Assembly: GCA_963737155.1 (NCBI GenBank)
Contig: CAVTRN010000001.1
Coordinates: forward strand, 128,001-192,000
Length of the DNA: 64,000 nt
Source of the DNA: Nitrospirota bacterium
Lineage (GTDB): Bacteria > Nitrospirota > UBA9217
Direction of reading: 5' to 3'
In this document: positions 28,341 through 38,879 of the stretch, piece after piece
Position numbering within the stretch: position 1 is the stretch's first letter
Layout: the number at the start of each line of letters is the position of its first letter
Notes under the pieces: generated by a model
The model's database searches: none
The model's input: the letters and a program-made list of their open reading frames with translations, nothing else
What the model was told of the DNA's origin: nothing
Made by a program: the position numbers and the translations under genes

Positions 28341-29081
28341 ATGAGTGACCCTAATCAATTAAAATGGAGAGCAGCTAAAAAATTCCTTCAGAGTAATTAT
28401 CGTTGTTGCTTTAGATGGATGGTTGGGCTATGTATAGCACTATTTGCACTCTTACCGCACCTAGGCCACGCGTTTGACTGGCAATCTGTTGACAACACGA
28501 CTGACGGGATCCAGATTTTCAGGAAGGAAGCAAAAGGCAGCGGGCTGATTGCGATTCGGGGTATCGGCGTCGTCGACGCGCCATTACCCTTAGTAGCGAC
28601 GGTCATCTTCGATACCGACAGGCGGCGAAAGTGGGTAGCGGGCCTCGTCGACTCTAGGATCATCCGTTGGGGCAACAAGGACAATTTCATTGAGTACGAC
28701 CATATTCGAATGCCACCATTCCTCAAGGATCGTGATTTTGTATCGACAGGCAAAATGAGCTTCGATCTGTCCAAGAAGGAGATGGTCTTCCATTATCAGC
28801 CGTCAGACGATCCCTCTGCTCCGCGTACCGACTACATTCGTGGCGAAATTCTCGACACGACCTTTATCCTGAGTTCTATAGATAACGATAAGAAGACCAG
28901 AGTCGATGCGGAGTTCCTTTGCGATCCGAAAGGGTGGATTCCGAAATGGGCCGTTAATTTTTACCTTAAGGCCTGGCCGAAGACGACTTTTAGAAATTTG
29001 CGGAAGGAGGTCCTGCAAGACCTCTCGGTCGACACACGGTTCTCCCGGCTGCTTAAAGGCGGGAGTATCCGCCAGAAATAA
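28341..29081 (+). CDS. START-domain lipid-binding protein, copy 1
   Basis: DGIQIFRK, KDRDFV, DPKGWIPKW. Confidence 0.85.
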   Translation: MSDPNQLKWRAAKKFLQSNYRCCFRWMVGLCIALFALLPHLGHAFDWQSVDNTTDGIQIFRKEAKGSGLIAIRGIGVVDAPLPLVATVIFDTDRRRKWVAGLVDSRIIRWGNKDNFIEYDHIRMPPFLKDRDFVSTGKMSFDLSKKEMVFHYQPSDDPSAPRTDYIRGEILDTTFILSSIDNDKKTRVDAEFLCDPKGWIPKWAVNFYLKAWPKTTFRNLRKEVLQDLSVDTRFSRLLKGGSIRQK

Positions 29082-29350
29082 CCTATGTGATTAAAATCGG
29101 TTACATCCTGCAGCCAGCGATAGTTGTATCACATTGAACTTTCAACATTCTTCCTGTAGCCACACTTGTTGCGTAATATCAAAATTGCGCAAAAATTAAA
29201 AATCTTCACGCAAAAAAGCGGCATCCCTGAAAATACGTCCTTTTGAAACGGGTTATCTTTGCTTTACAAATTAGATTTTTGTTTATATACTTCATATTAT
29301 TTTCTCGTCAACAGAAGAGGCGTTCTGTAAGTGGATAGCAAAGATGGCCA

Positions 29351-30076
29351 GTGGACACGCTAGCAGTAGCAAACATCCATTCGATCGGGGGAACTATGAA
29401 AATCAACTCTTTCTTTAACCGAATCTGCCATTCTCCAATTCCTCGCCGCGCCGTCATGATGGTTGCGCTGATTACGCTGGCTTGGAGTAGCCTCGCCTTC
29501 TGCGGCGAGGTTCATGACGCGGCTCGGGGTGGTGACTTGGGAAAGGTCAAAGCGCTCCTCAAAAACAGTCCTGATCTGGTTTTCAGCAAAGACAACAACG
29601 GGGCGACGCCTTTGGACTATGCAGCCCAATATGGCCAGAAGGACGTGGCGGAATTACTGCTGGCCGACAAAGCCGATGTCAATGCCAAGGACAACTTCGG
29701 CAAGATGCCTTTGCACTATGCGGCGCAATATGGCCGGAAGGACGTGGCGGAATTACTGCTGGCCAACAAAGCCGATGTCAATGCCAAGGACAACGTCGGC
29801 CAGACGCCTTTGCACTATGCGGCGCAATATGGCCAGAAGGACGTGGCGGAATTACTACTGGCCAACAAAGCCGATGTCAATGCCAAGACCAAACAACGTG
29901 TGACACCTCTGCACTTGGCAGCGCAACAGGGTTACCAGGAGATGGTGGAATTGCTGCTGGCGAATAAGGCCGACGTCAATGCCAAGACCAGCTTCGGATG
30001 GACACCTTTGTACGTGGCGGCCCAAAACGGCCACAAGGAGGTGGCAACATTGCTGAGTCAGCATGGTGGCCATTAA
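29351..30076 (+). CDS. Secreted ankyrin-repeat protein
   Basis: Signal peptide; repeated TPLHYAAQYGQKDVAELLLANKADVNAKD. Confidence 0.95.
   Translation: MDTLAVANIHSIGGTMKINSFFNRICHSPIPRRAVMMVALITLAWSSLAFCGEVHDAARGGDLGKVKALLKNSPDLVFSKDNNGATPLDYAAQYGQKDVAELLLADKADVNAKDNFGKMPLHYAAQYGRKDVAELLLANKADVNAKDNVGQTPLHYAAQYGQKDVAELLLANKADVNAKTKQRVTPLHLAAQQGYQEMVELLLANKADVNAKTSFGWTPLYVAAQNGHKEVATLLSQHGGH
29611..29907 (+). repeat. Three near-identical 99-bp ankyrin-coding tandem repeats
   Basis: GGACGTGGCGGAATTACT recurs at a 99-bp period. Confidence 0.9.
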
Positions 30077-30524
30077 TAAACTGTAGCGAAACATAAAAGC
30101 AAGCTAACATTTTCAAGCTGGATTTCAAGAAATCTGATCTCCGCCGAGATGCATGCTGCAACTAGGAATCCTTATAAGTTTCAGTTTTATTCAATTGCGG
30201 GCTTGTATGTGAAGCCCGGAAATCCAGGACCACAAGAAAAATGAATAAATTCGTTTGACGTTTTAAGTCAATGATCCTACTTGTGGCTGGTTTAGTTTTT
30301 TCTGTTCGAAGACTAAGGATTTTGAGAATGGATGTCCACTCGCATGCTGTCGTTCGCCTTATACTTCTTATGAATGTGTTAATGGTACCTCGGATGCCGA
30401 GAGTCGAACAGGACGGATCCAAAGGTAAATGAGATGCCAAACCACCAGTTACACACGGACGGTTTGTGCCCGTCGCCGCCCCATCGTAACCGTGGCAGGA
30501 ACCGAATCTTAGTTTGAAACCGAT

Positions 30525-30561
30525 AAAAAAAACGCGGACAGCGTGACCTGTTTCCGCGTTT
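30525..30561 (-). terminator. Intrinsic terminator
   Basis: AAACGCGGA...TCCGCGTTT stem with a U-run on the minus strand. Confidence 0.7.
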
Positions 30562-30614
30562 GGTGTTCTCATCATACCGGCTGCTTAAACTTCCGTTTAT
30601 CCTTAGAGATATCT

Positions 30615-31421
30615 TTACCGTCTTTCACCACGAAATGCGGGCCGATGGAGTCGTCCACCATAGTGCGCTCTATCGCGATTATATCGGCCGAACTCTACGT
30701 CACGAAAATGCCGGATTTGTCCAATTCGGTACATGAGTAAAGCTGGTGGTAAATATCTCCTGCCGGCAAACGACCACGGGCCGTTGTAATATGGCCCCCG
30801 AAACCAATGCCCACCATAGAAGTATAAATATTCACTCCCCGTGAAAAAAAGGTCATAAGGAATTCCGACTGCAACATACAAACCGAGTTCAGGCGAATAA
30901 ACGAACTGCGGTGCTTCGTCAAGATAAAACCCTGGCGGAGGCGTGACAACATCGGGTTGGGGAGACGCGGCTGCTACGGGGCCATATCCAGGCACCTGAT
31001 TCCCGTAGGCATACATGCATTGGACATACGCATTGTCATATCTGCGCTGGGCCGCCCTGCCAGAGACCTGGCCGGCGTTTGAACCGGCTGCCGTCCCAAC
31101 GAGAAGCCCCCCTACGGCACCAATGAGGGCGCCTTGTCCAGCATGGCCGGAGGCTGAACCTAAGGCTGCACCCACCCCTGCTCCTACTGCTGTTCCGGCA
31201 ACTGCTCCTGTGGCAACGTCACTTTCATAGGTCTGTCCAGGTGACATATTAAGATGTTGCTGCGCCCACTGTCTACACGTCGCATCTTCGGTTCGGAATA
31301 CGTCAAAAGGCTTTCCTGGGGCCGGCAAGACCGTGACGCTCGGCCCCGTGGGGACAGTGGCACATCCACCCACGACCAGAAGAGCAAAAGATATCAAGAT
31401 GCCTTGTTTGAATGTTAACAT
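30615..31421 (-). CDS. Glycine-zipper (YMGG-like) lipoprotein
   Basis: Lipobox VGGC, GAVAGTAVGAGVGAALG, AQRRYDNAYVQCM. Confidence 0.85.
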   Translation of the reverse strand: MLTFKQGILISFALLVVGGCATVPTGPSVTVLPAPGKPFDVFRTEDATCRQWAQQHLNMSPGQTYESDVATGAVAGTAVGAGVGAALGSASGHAGQGALIGAVGGLLVGTAAGSNAGQVSGRAAQRRYDNAYVQCMYAYGNQVPGYGPVAAASPQPDVVTPPPGFYLDEAPQFVYSPELGLYVAVGIPYDLFFTGSEYLYFYGGHWFRGPYYNGPWSFAGRRYLPPALLMYRIGQIRHFRDVEFGRYNRDRAHYGGRLHRPAFRGERR

Positions 31422-31427
31422 TAGACT

Positions 31428-31781
31428 TCACTCCTTTCCCTTTGGCGGACCCGGGGTTGGAACAACCTTAATCCATCCGCTGGGACATTGTTTCACATAT
31501 GGGTAATAGGCCTTGGATTCCTGACAGTAATACCAGTAATACTGCTGTTCCTTCACCTGAGGAGCCTGTTGTTCATATATGGGGGATTGTTGCTGTATAA
31601 CAATGGGCGGCTCCGAGTAATAGTAAGGGGAGTAATAATAAGGATAGTAAGGCGCCCCCCACCACGGCCATACCGGTCCTATCCCAATGCCTACCCTCAC
31701 ACCTCCATATGTAGAACCAGGTAAGACACTTGCAAGGAGGAGTATACTGAAGGCCACAAATATATAAATTTTTGCTTTCAT
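31428..31781 (-). CDS. Exported Pro/Tyr-rich protein
   Basis: Signal peptide; YWYYCQESKAYYPYVKQCPSGW. Confidence 0.8.
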   Translation of the reverse strand: MKAKIYIFVAFSILLLASVLPGSTYGGVRVGIGIGPVWPWWGAPYYPYYYSPYYYSEPPIVIQQQSPIYEQQAPQVKEQQYYWYYCQESKAYYPYVKQCPSGWIKVVPTPGPPKGKE

Positions 31782-31818
31782 GCCTTATCCCCCCTTCTTT
31801 CTTGACTCCTATAAATCA

Positions 31819-31845
31819 AGACACCGGTTCTGATAAAAGGTTTAA
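31819..31845 (-). promoter_or_regulatory. Putative ECF-sigma promoter
   Basis: TTAAAC-N15-GTGTCT, same spacing as 32811-32837. Confidence 0.55.
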
Positions 31846-32069
31846 CGAAATGATACGTTAAACCGGAAATCCGAATGCTACGTGATAGATTTCAGGCTTT
31901 CCGGCCGGGTTGCAAAACTTCAGACAGAAATACACGAACCAAGCGTGAATCAAATATGCAGGTGTTTGGTAACCTTAGACGTTCGTATGGCAAAATATTC
32001 GCACTGGCAGATATGCATCATTATTCCACGGCTATTTTGCGGTCTTAAAATTTAGGGCACTCGAATTAA

Positions 32070-32103
32070 CGCAGTGTTTCACATACCATCGTGAAACACT
32101 GCG
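32070..32103. terminator. Hairpin downstream of the Spy/CpxP-like gene
   Basis: CGCAGTGTTTCAC...GTGAAACACTGCG, 13-bp perfect stem. Confidence 0.6.
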
Positions 32104-32176
32104 AAATGTTAAACACTTTGCGAATCTCTTGATACGTAAAATGCCAGGGTAACCAGGCTCCCGCAAATTCAAATAT

Positions 32177-32791
32177 TTATTCAGCCTGATTCATATGATC
32201 CTTCTGCATACCATGATGATCTCGATGTGATTTTTGCATGAGCTCAATTAGTTTCGTCCGCTGTTCCGGTGTTAACTGCGATTTAATTTCTTCGCGCGCT
32301 TTAATCGCACTGAGTATCATGTTGGTTTTCAAGCCTTCCATCTTTTTCACTTGCGCTTCGACAGCGCCCATGTCAACTTTGTCTTTGTGGAGCTGCTCGC
32401 GAAGCTCAATCCTTGCGATCTTTATGTCGGCTCGCTTCCGGATCATATCCTTCACCATGGCACTCCGGATCCCGTGTATGGCGGTTTTTTGTTCGGCAGT
32501 AAGATCAAGCTGCTTAAAGGCTTTCTCTAGACGATAGCGCCTGCCGTGGTACATCCATGACTTTTCTTTTTCAAACCGGTGGACTTGCGCTGGTTTGCTG
32601 CAGTGTGTCACGGGAGGGCCACCATACTCCTGACCTTCATCAGCATACGCCTTATTCGCTAGTGAACTCTGCGTTGCAATCAATAACCCCAAAGACAATA
32701 CACCCCCAGCCACAAAATATCCAAACTTCCGTACTTCATGCGTGCCAAACATTGCGTTATTCCTCCTTCTTAAAATTATCTTAATTTGCAT
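32177..32791 (-). CDS. Spy/CpxP-family (LTxxQ) periplasmic chaperone or metal sensor
   Basis: LDLTAEQK and LTPEQR motifs; His-rich tail. Confidence 0.85.
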   Translation of the reverse strand: MQIKIILRRRNNAMFGTHEVRKFGYFVAGGVLSLGLLIATQSSLANKAYADEGQEYGGPPVTHCSKPAQVHRFEKEKSWMYHGRRYRLEKAFKQLDLTAEQKTAIHGIRSAMVKDMIRKRADIKIARIELREQLHKDKVDMGAVEAQVKKMEGLKTNMILSAIKAREEIKSQLTPEQRTKLIELMQKSHRDHHGMQKDHMNQAE

Positions 32792-32810
32792 TGCTCACAG
32801 TCAATAATAT

Positions 32811-32837
32811 AGACACATCTTATGGGAAAAAGTTTAA
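32811..32837 (-). promoter_or_regulatory. Putative ECF-sigma promoter
   Basis: TTAAAC-N15-GTGTCT. Confidence 0.55.
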
Positions 32838-33246
32838 TTCAAACATCAAGTGAACGAGTTTGATATGCGGAGGAGGAAAAAGCCAAGGCAAAAATATCTA
32901 ACAAAGAAGCAGAAGAACTGTTAAACACTCAATCGTTCATATGCAGGATACAGCAGTCATTTTCTGCCTTTGTCACCGTATTGCCAGTGCAGAGTTGCGG
33001 GTGAATCTCACAAAATTCTTTTTTTCACCGATTGCTTTCTTTCAATATGGGTATTCGTTTTATCCAATAATTAGATTATATGTCCGTTGACTATAGAAAC
33101 CCATCGTAATCGTTGACAACTCGTGACATCAAGCATATCATATATTCGTAAGAGACTAATCACGACATAAACATCCACAGATATTAATCAGCATTCGAAA
33201 TGCCCTGGTGAAGGTAAAGCTTGTTTGCGGATAAGATCTAAGCGCC

Positions 33247-33945
33247 ATGTCCTTATTAACCATCTATAATAATCTCCACCACTTTGCTGCGATCGTCCTT
33301 TTAGCGGTTGGCGCGCTGCTGCCCATCGTCGGGCCACTAAGCGGAGCACCGATTTTTCTCTCCATGACAGCCGACCTTGCGCCGGAAGAGCGACGCCGGA
33401 TGGCGAAAGCGGTTGCAGTAAACAGTTTCCTGCTGCTTATCGCTTCGGCTCTGATTGGTGCCTATGTGCTCGATTTTTTCGGGCTTTCTATCCCTCCTGT
33501 CCAGGTCGCCGGCGGACTCGTCGTATGCGCCATCGCTTGGTCGCTGCTGAACAGCCCCAATTCGTCGCCCACTCTCGTCGGTAACGAGCCGTCAGCCGTA
33601 ACACCGGTCGAGTTCAGTCAGCGCGCCTTCTACCCTCTGACAATGCCGCTCACCGTAGGCCCCGGTTCGATCGCGGTTGCCCTCACGCTCGGAGCAAACC
33701 CCACGCGGGGCCTTCGTCCATTGGTCGTGACCGCGCTGGCACACGCGCTTGGCATCTTTATCGTCGCTGCAAGTGTCTACCTTTGCTATCGCTATGCCGA
33801 TCGCATCCTCAAGAAGTTGGGACCGACTGGAACCAGCGTGGCAATGCGTCTCTCCGCATTCATCCTAATGTGTATCGGCGTCAAGATTTTTTGGGATGGG
33901 CTGCACGCGCTGCTCGTCAGTACGTTTCCGAATGCTGCCTTATGA
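33247..33945 (+). CDS. MarC family membrane protein
   Basis: PIFLSMT, FFGLSIP...AGG, YPLTMPLTVGPGSI, RLSAFILMCIGV. Confidence 0.9.
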   Translation: MSLLTIYNNLHHFAAIVLLAVGALLPIVGPLSGAPIFLSMTADLAPEERRRMAKAVAVNSFLLLIASALIGAYVLDFFGLSIPPVQVAGGLVVCAIAWSLLNSPNSSPTLVGNEPSAVTPVEFSQRAFYPLTMPLTVGPGSIAVALTLGANPTRGLRPLVVTALAHALGIFIVAASVYLCYRYADRILKKLGPTGTSVAMRLSAFILMCIGVKIFWDGLHALLVSTFPNAAL

Positions 33946-34349
33946 AGCACCGATACAATCGGCCCGCCTGTGACCCTGCTTCCGAAGGGCTATTCTCCGC
34001 ACTCTGTTCAACCTCGGTTTCGACCGACGATCTCTGCGCTCATGCTTCAACCCGAATTTTGTCAGGGTTTAATCAGTGGAAATCCATGTAGAGCAGGTGT
34101 TCCTCCGAGAGGCCCTGATTTGATGGAAGTGAAAAATATCGATTGAAACTTGGCTTCGTTTTTTTTCTGTGCTGCGATAGACGCATGTCATGGTAACGGT
34201 GAAGTTACAATCCGAAATCATCATCCAGCAACCGGCCTCCTCCATGCAAGCCATAATTTTCTCTTTATATTTTCAGATTATTCTACTATATTATCTATGC
34301 CCTATTTCTGGGTTTTATTTACGCGTAATTTATTCTTAAGGAAGGGAGG

Positions 34350-34530
34350 TAAGAACGGCCTAAAGTCATAATCAGTAAACTTAAAAAAGATGTCAGGGAA
34401 GAGGAGTGAAATTCTCCCGCTGCCCCGCAGCCGTGAAGGGAACGAAAACCCAAAAGCAAGCCACTGTCATGAGTAATATCATGATGGGAAGGCGGGTTAG
34501 TAGGATTAAGCCCTAAGCCGGAAGACCTTC
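34350..34530 (+). ncRNA. Cobalamin riboswitch (boundaries approximate)
   Basis: AGGGAA, GTGAAATTC, GCTGCCCCGCAGCCGT, GCCACTG...GGGAAGGC, B12-box AGCCGGAAGACC. Confidence 0.9.
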
Positions 34531-34562
34531 AAAAATTAAATTCCCGCGGGAGGAGTTAAAAG

Positions 34563-34835
34563 ATGAACTATAAGTATTTTATTCACCATGAGTGCAGTTA
34601 TTTCCCTTGCCATGATCTTCAGGAATGGAAATCATGTTTGTTTTGTTGGTGCCCGCTTTATTTGCTCGATTGTGACGGAAGTTTTACCATGAAGAATGAC
34701 ATCAAAGATTGTTCGAGTTGTGTTATTCCCCACATTGAAAATGGATATGATTACATCCTGGAAGTAATTAGAACCACGATTTATCAAAAAAGCACATCAC
34801 CTTTACTAAAGCCTAACCGCCTAATATTTAAATGA
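34563..34835 (+). CDS. Cysteine-rich small domain (zf-like) protein, B12-regulated
   Basis: CSYFPCH, CLFCWCPLY, KDCSSCVIPH. Confidence 0.85.
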   Translation: MNYKYFIHHECSYFPCHDLQEWKSCLFCWCPLYLLDCDGSFTMKNDIKDCSSCVIPHIENGYDYILEVIRTTIYQKSTSPLLKPNRLIFK

Positions 34836-34839
34836 GGAG

Positions 34840-35154
34840 ATGGCCATGATCAGCGTAATTGCCTCGATTCGTGTAAAGACAGGAAAACTTCACGATTATC
34901 TCGCGATTCTTAAAGCCAATGTGCCTGCTGTTAGAAAAGAGAAGGGATGTATCGAGTATGTCCCCACAGTCGATCTTGACGTAAAACTGCCTCCGCAGGT
35001 TCTCGATAATAATGTTGTCACCCTTCTTGAAAAGTGGGAGAGCCTGGAAGCGCTCCATGCTCATCTCGGATCGCCACATATGCTGGATTACAGGGAAAAG
35101 GTAAGGACCTTCGTCGAGAGTGTGTCTTTCAAAGTACTACAAGAAGTAAATTAA
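34840..35154 (+). CDS. ABM-domain putative quinol monooxygenase
   Basis: EKGCIEY, EKWESLEALHAHLGSPHM. Confidence 0.9.
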   Translation: MAMISVIASIRVKTGKLHDYLAILKANVPAVRKEKGCIEYVPTVDLDVKLPPQVLDNNVVTLLEKWESLEALHAHLGSPHMLDYREKVRTFVESVSFKVLQEVN

Positions 35155-35228
35155 AACGGCAAAAACAAAATAACAGGGAATTAGATCGAGTGGGCCAAAA
35201 AACCGGCGCTGATGGTCCGCAAGCCGCT

Positions 35229-36173
35229 ATGAAAGCAGTCGTTATTAGAAAATACGGCAGGAATGATGTCGTGGAGATCGTGAGCATGCCGCAGCTGCGG
35301 TGCGCGTCAGGCATGGTGCTGATCAAGGTGCATGCAGCGAGTGTTAACCCCCTAGACTGGAAGGTTCGCTCCGGAATGGTGCGGCTTATCACGGGAAGCA
35401 GGTTCCCGAAGGTCCTCGGCTCCGAGTGCGCGGGCGAGGTCGTCGAGACCAGTGGCGGGTTCTCAAAGTTCAAGCCGGGCGACCAGTTGGTCGGTCTAAC
35501 GGGTGTACGCGGCCTTGGCGCCTTCGCGGAATACACATGTTTGCCGGAAACCACAGCGTTTACGAAGTCCGCTGTCATCTCATTCGAAGAAGCAGCCTGT
35601 ATTCCCATCGCCGGGCTTACCGCCCTTCAGGCCTTACGGGACCGCGGCAGGATCGCATCCGGCAAAAAGGTTTTGATCAACGGTGCTTCAGGCGGCGTAG
35701 GAACGTTCGCCATCCAGATATCAACAATCTTCGGCGCGGAAACCACCGGGGTATGCAGTGCAGCGAACCTCGACCTCGTGAAAGACCTGGGCGCGAGCCG
35801 CGTCATCGACTACGGGGCTGAAGATTTCACGAAAGGGCTAGATCGGTACGACATTATCTTCGATGCAGTCGCCAAACGATCCTTTCTCGAATGCAAGAAA
35901 GCCCTCAATCCGCACGGCATCTACATCAGCACTCTCCCATCCTTTTCCGGCTTCCTCAACCAGTACCTCATGGGCTTTTTATCAAGCAGAAAGGCCAAAT
36001 CTATCTGGGTCAAGCCGAATTCCGCTGACATGACTTGGATCACATCGCACATTGAGTCCGGCAGGATTAAAGTCGTCATCGACAAAGTCTTTTCCCTTGA
36101 CGAGGCCAAAGAGGCCCTTGCTTATAGCGAGTCCGGGAGGGCCAAGGGAAAGATCGTGATTAAAACGAATTGA
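35229..36173 (+). CDS. NAD(P)-dependent medium-chain dehydrogenase / quinone oxidoreductase
   Basis: AASVNPLDWK, GLTALQAL, INGASGGVG, GRAKGKIV; start at 35229. Confidence 0.9.
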   Translation: MKAVVIRKYGRNDVVEIVSMPQLRCASGMVLIKVHAASVNPLDWKVRSGMVRLITGSRFPKVLGSECAGEVVETSGGFSKFKPGDQLVGLTGVRGLGAFAEYTCLPETTAFTKSAVISFEEAACIPIAGLTALQALRDRGRIASGKKVLINGASGGVGTFAIQISTIFGAETTGVCSAANLDLVKDLGASRVIDYGAEDFTKGLDRYDIIFDAVAKRSFLECKKALNPHGIYISTLPSFSGFLNQYLMGFLSSRKAKSIWVKPNSADMTWITSHIESGRIKVVIDKVFSLDEAKEALAYSESGRAKGKIVIKTN

Positions 36174-36729
36174 CGCGTTATTTTAAACTGAGACTTGCTA
36201 TGCCTCAATCGCAACAATGGAAAGCAGTATTGGTTTCTTCTTAAGATTTGCATTTGCTAGAAGAACATAGGGGCTTATCACAAGTGCCAGGATCGATCAG
36301 AAGTGATGAATTGCGGTTGAATCATACAGCGAGCATGAGGCGCCGTTTTCTTTCTGAAGTTGTTGAAGATTCCATTTCTCATAAATTTACAACCTGAATT
36401 CCGCACCGCATACCCGTAATATATCCACTGGACAGCGTTAACACTCATATAATCGGCCACATATTCGAAGCGAATTAAAACAATCAAAAAATATAGATGC
36501 TGTCATATTTTAACATGGGGCAATAAGATATCAAGAATTATGGGTTCGATAAATATTTTATTGACCAGACATAGAGCCCATGATAACCTTGATCTCAGGC
36601 GTTGCGATTATAGCTGATTCGGCAATAGATAATGATCGGGCCACCGTATTGATCGTGCATTTGAAGAAGCGCAGAAAATTTACATCTGTTCCTTCATTCG
36701 CCTTTTTCATCTCCTGGAGATAGTTCGGC

Positions 36730-38127
36730 ATGAAATACACCAAGAACTTCAAAGGACGAAGCTACAGCTTCGAGAATCTTAAAACCTTGCTGGCCAAAGC
36801 GTCGCCGCTGCGGTCGGCGGATGAACTGGCTGGGATTGCAGCAACTTCGCAAGAAGAGCGGGCCGTCGCCCAATGGCTGTTAGCCGATCTGCCGTTGACG
36901 ACGTTTCTCGTGGAACCCTTGATCACACCGGAGGAAGACGAGGTCAGCCGGCTCATTGAAGAGTCCCACGACCGAACAGCATTCGCGCCGATCTCGTCTT
37001 TCACTGTAGGTGAATTTCGCGAATGGCTGCTGACTAATACTACCTCCGACAATGATATAGCTGCGGTTCGCTTGGGGATTACGCCGGAGATGGCAGCGGC
37101 GGTTTCAAAGATCATGCGCAACCAGGATTTGGTCGCGGTGGCCAGACGCTGTTCGGTGATCACCCGGTTCCGCAACACTATTGGACTGCCGGGCCGACTC
37201 TCCACGCGGCTGCAACCCAATCATCCTACCGATGATCCACGCGGCATCGCCGCCAGCGTGCTGGACGGGCTGCTCTACGGTAATGGCGACGCGGTCATCG
37301 GCATTAACCCGGCGATGGACGGCCCGAAGAACGTGGAACGTCTGCTTCACCTTCTGGACGACATCATCCGCCGGCATGAAATCCCCACCCAGTCTTGTGT
37401 GCTGGCCCACGTCACCACCACTCTGGATCTAATGCGTCGCGGCGCTCCGGTGGATTTGGTGTTTCAGTCCATCGCCGGGACCGAAGCGGCCAACAAAAGC
37501 TTCGGAATAAATCTGAAGCTGCTAGCCGAAGCTCGCGAGACGGCACTTGCCATGGGGCGTGGAACTTTGGGCGACAACCTGATGTATTTCGAAACCGGGC
37601 AGGGCAGTGCGCTGTCGGCCAACGCCCATCACGGAATCGATGCGCAGACCTGCGAGGCACGGGCCTATGCCGTCGCCCGCGCGTTCTCGCCTCTACTGGT
37701 TAATTCTGTGGTCGGCTTTATCGGGCCGGAATATCTGTACGACGGCAAACAGATTATCCGCGCCGGGCTAGAGGACCATTTCTGCGGCAAACTGATGGGC
37801 CTGCCAATGGGCTGCGATGTGTGCTACACCAACCACGCCGAGGCCGACCAGAACGACATGGACAACCTGATGACACTGCTGGCCGTGGCCGGCTGCACCT
37901 ACATCATGGGCGTTCCCGGCGCCGACGACGTGATGCTGGCGTACCAGAGCACTTCGTTCCATGACGCGCTGTATCTCCGCCGCGTGCTGGGACTCAGACC
38001 TGCGCCTGAATTCGAGGATTGGCTGAACCGCATGGGGATATTCGACGGACACAACGTCTTGTGCCAGAGCGTCAAATCACCACGCCTGCTCGGCGCTATT
38101 ACCGAACTGACGAAGGAGGAACTGTGA
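36730..38127 (+). CDS. eutB: Ethanolamine ammonia-lyase large subunit
   Basis: RLQPNHPTDD, GDAVIGINP, MYFETGQG, EDHFCGKL, CYTNH. Confidence 0.97.
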   Translation: MKYTKNFKGRSYSFENLKTLLAKASPLRSADELAGIAATSQEERAVAQWLLADLPLTTFLVEPLITPEEDEVSRLIEESHDRTAFAPISSFTVGEFREWLLTNTTSDNDIAAVRLGITPEMAAAVSKIMRNQDLVAVARRCSVITRFRNTIGLPGRLSTRLQPNHPTDDPRGIAASVLDGLLYGNGDAVIGINPAMDGPKNVERLLHLLDDIIRRHEIPTQSCVLAHVTTTLDLMRRGAPVDLVFQSIAGTEAANKSFGINLKLLAEARETALAMGRGTLGDNLMYFETGQGSALSANAHHGIDAQTCEARAYAVARAFSPLLVNSVVGFIGPEYLYDGKQIIRAGLEDHFCGKLMGLPMGCDVCYTNHAEADQNDMDNLMTLLAVAGCTYIMGVPGADDVMLAYQSTSFHDALYLRRVLGLRPAPEFEDWLNRMGIFDGHNVLCQSVKSPRLLGAITELTKEEL

Positions 38128-38879
38128 CCGACTCGTGGGTTGCATTACGCCGGTTTACCCAGGCGCGTATCGCCCTGGGACGGGCTGGACATGCCGTTCC
38201 GACCAAAGCGCTGCTAGATTTTCAACTAGCCCACGCGGAAGCGCGGGACGCAGTGCACTTTTCTTGGAACATCGAGGCTTTTGCCGAGTTGGTGCGGGGT
38301 CTCGGTGAGGAGGTTCTGATCCTGGATACGCCTATCGGAAGCCGCGACGAATATCTCCGTAGGCCTGACCTTGGTCGAGTTCTCACCGTGGAATCGCGAA
38401 CCCGGCTGAAGGATTCCAGTGCCGGTGAAGCGGACGTGGCCCTGATAATCACTAACGGACTGTCCTCGACCGCCGTCGAGCGTCATGGGATTCCGTTGCT
38501 ACAAACGATAATGGACAGCTATCGGAAGCGGCAATTCCATGTCGCGCTGATTTCCCTAGTCGCCAACGGCCGCGTCGCTTTATCGGACGATATCGGCAGC
38601 GTTGTTGCCGCGAAAGTGGCGGTAATTATCGTTGGCGAGCGTCCTGGCCTCAGCGCGGCCGACAGTCTCGGCATTTACCTGACCTATGCGCCTCAACCGG
38701 GCAACACTGACGCAGAGAGGAACTGCATCTCCAACATCCGACCGCCAGAAGGTTTGAGCTATGAAGCCGCCGCTGCAAAATTACTCTATCTAACGGAGGA
38801 AGCCATGAGGCGCGGCATTTCCGGTGTCAGGCTAAAGGACGGGATGGTGGATCTACTGAGCGAACGGGAGAAATCGTAA
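38124..38879 (+). CDS. eutC: Ethanolamine ammonia-lyase small subunit
   Basis: TQARIALGRAG, YLRRPDLGR, GERPGLS, RNCISNI; GTG overlaps the eutB stop. Confidence 0.96.
   Translation: MTDSWVALRRFTQARIALGRAGHAVPTKALLDFQLAHAEARDAVHFSWNIEAFAELVRGLGEEVLILDTPIGSRDEYLRRPDLGRVLTVESRTRLKDSSAGEADVALIITNGLSSTAVERHGIPLLQTIMDSYRKRQFHVALISLVANGRVALSDDIGSVVAAKVAVIIVGERPGLSAADSLGIYLTYAPQPGNTDAERNCISNIRPPEGLSYEAAAAKLLYLTEEAMRRGISGVRLKDGMVDLLSEREKS

Noticed and set aside
29514-29903. Alternate-frame repetitive ORF (WRNYCWPTKPMSMPR)
   Set aside because: Frame shadow of the ankyrin repeats
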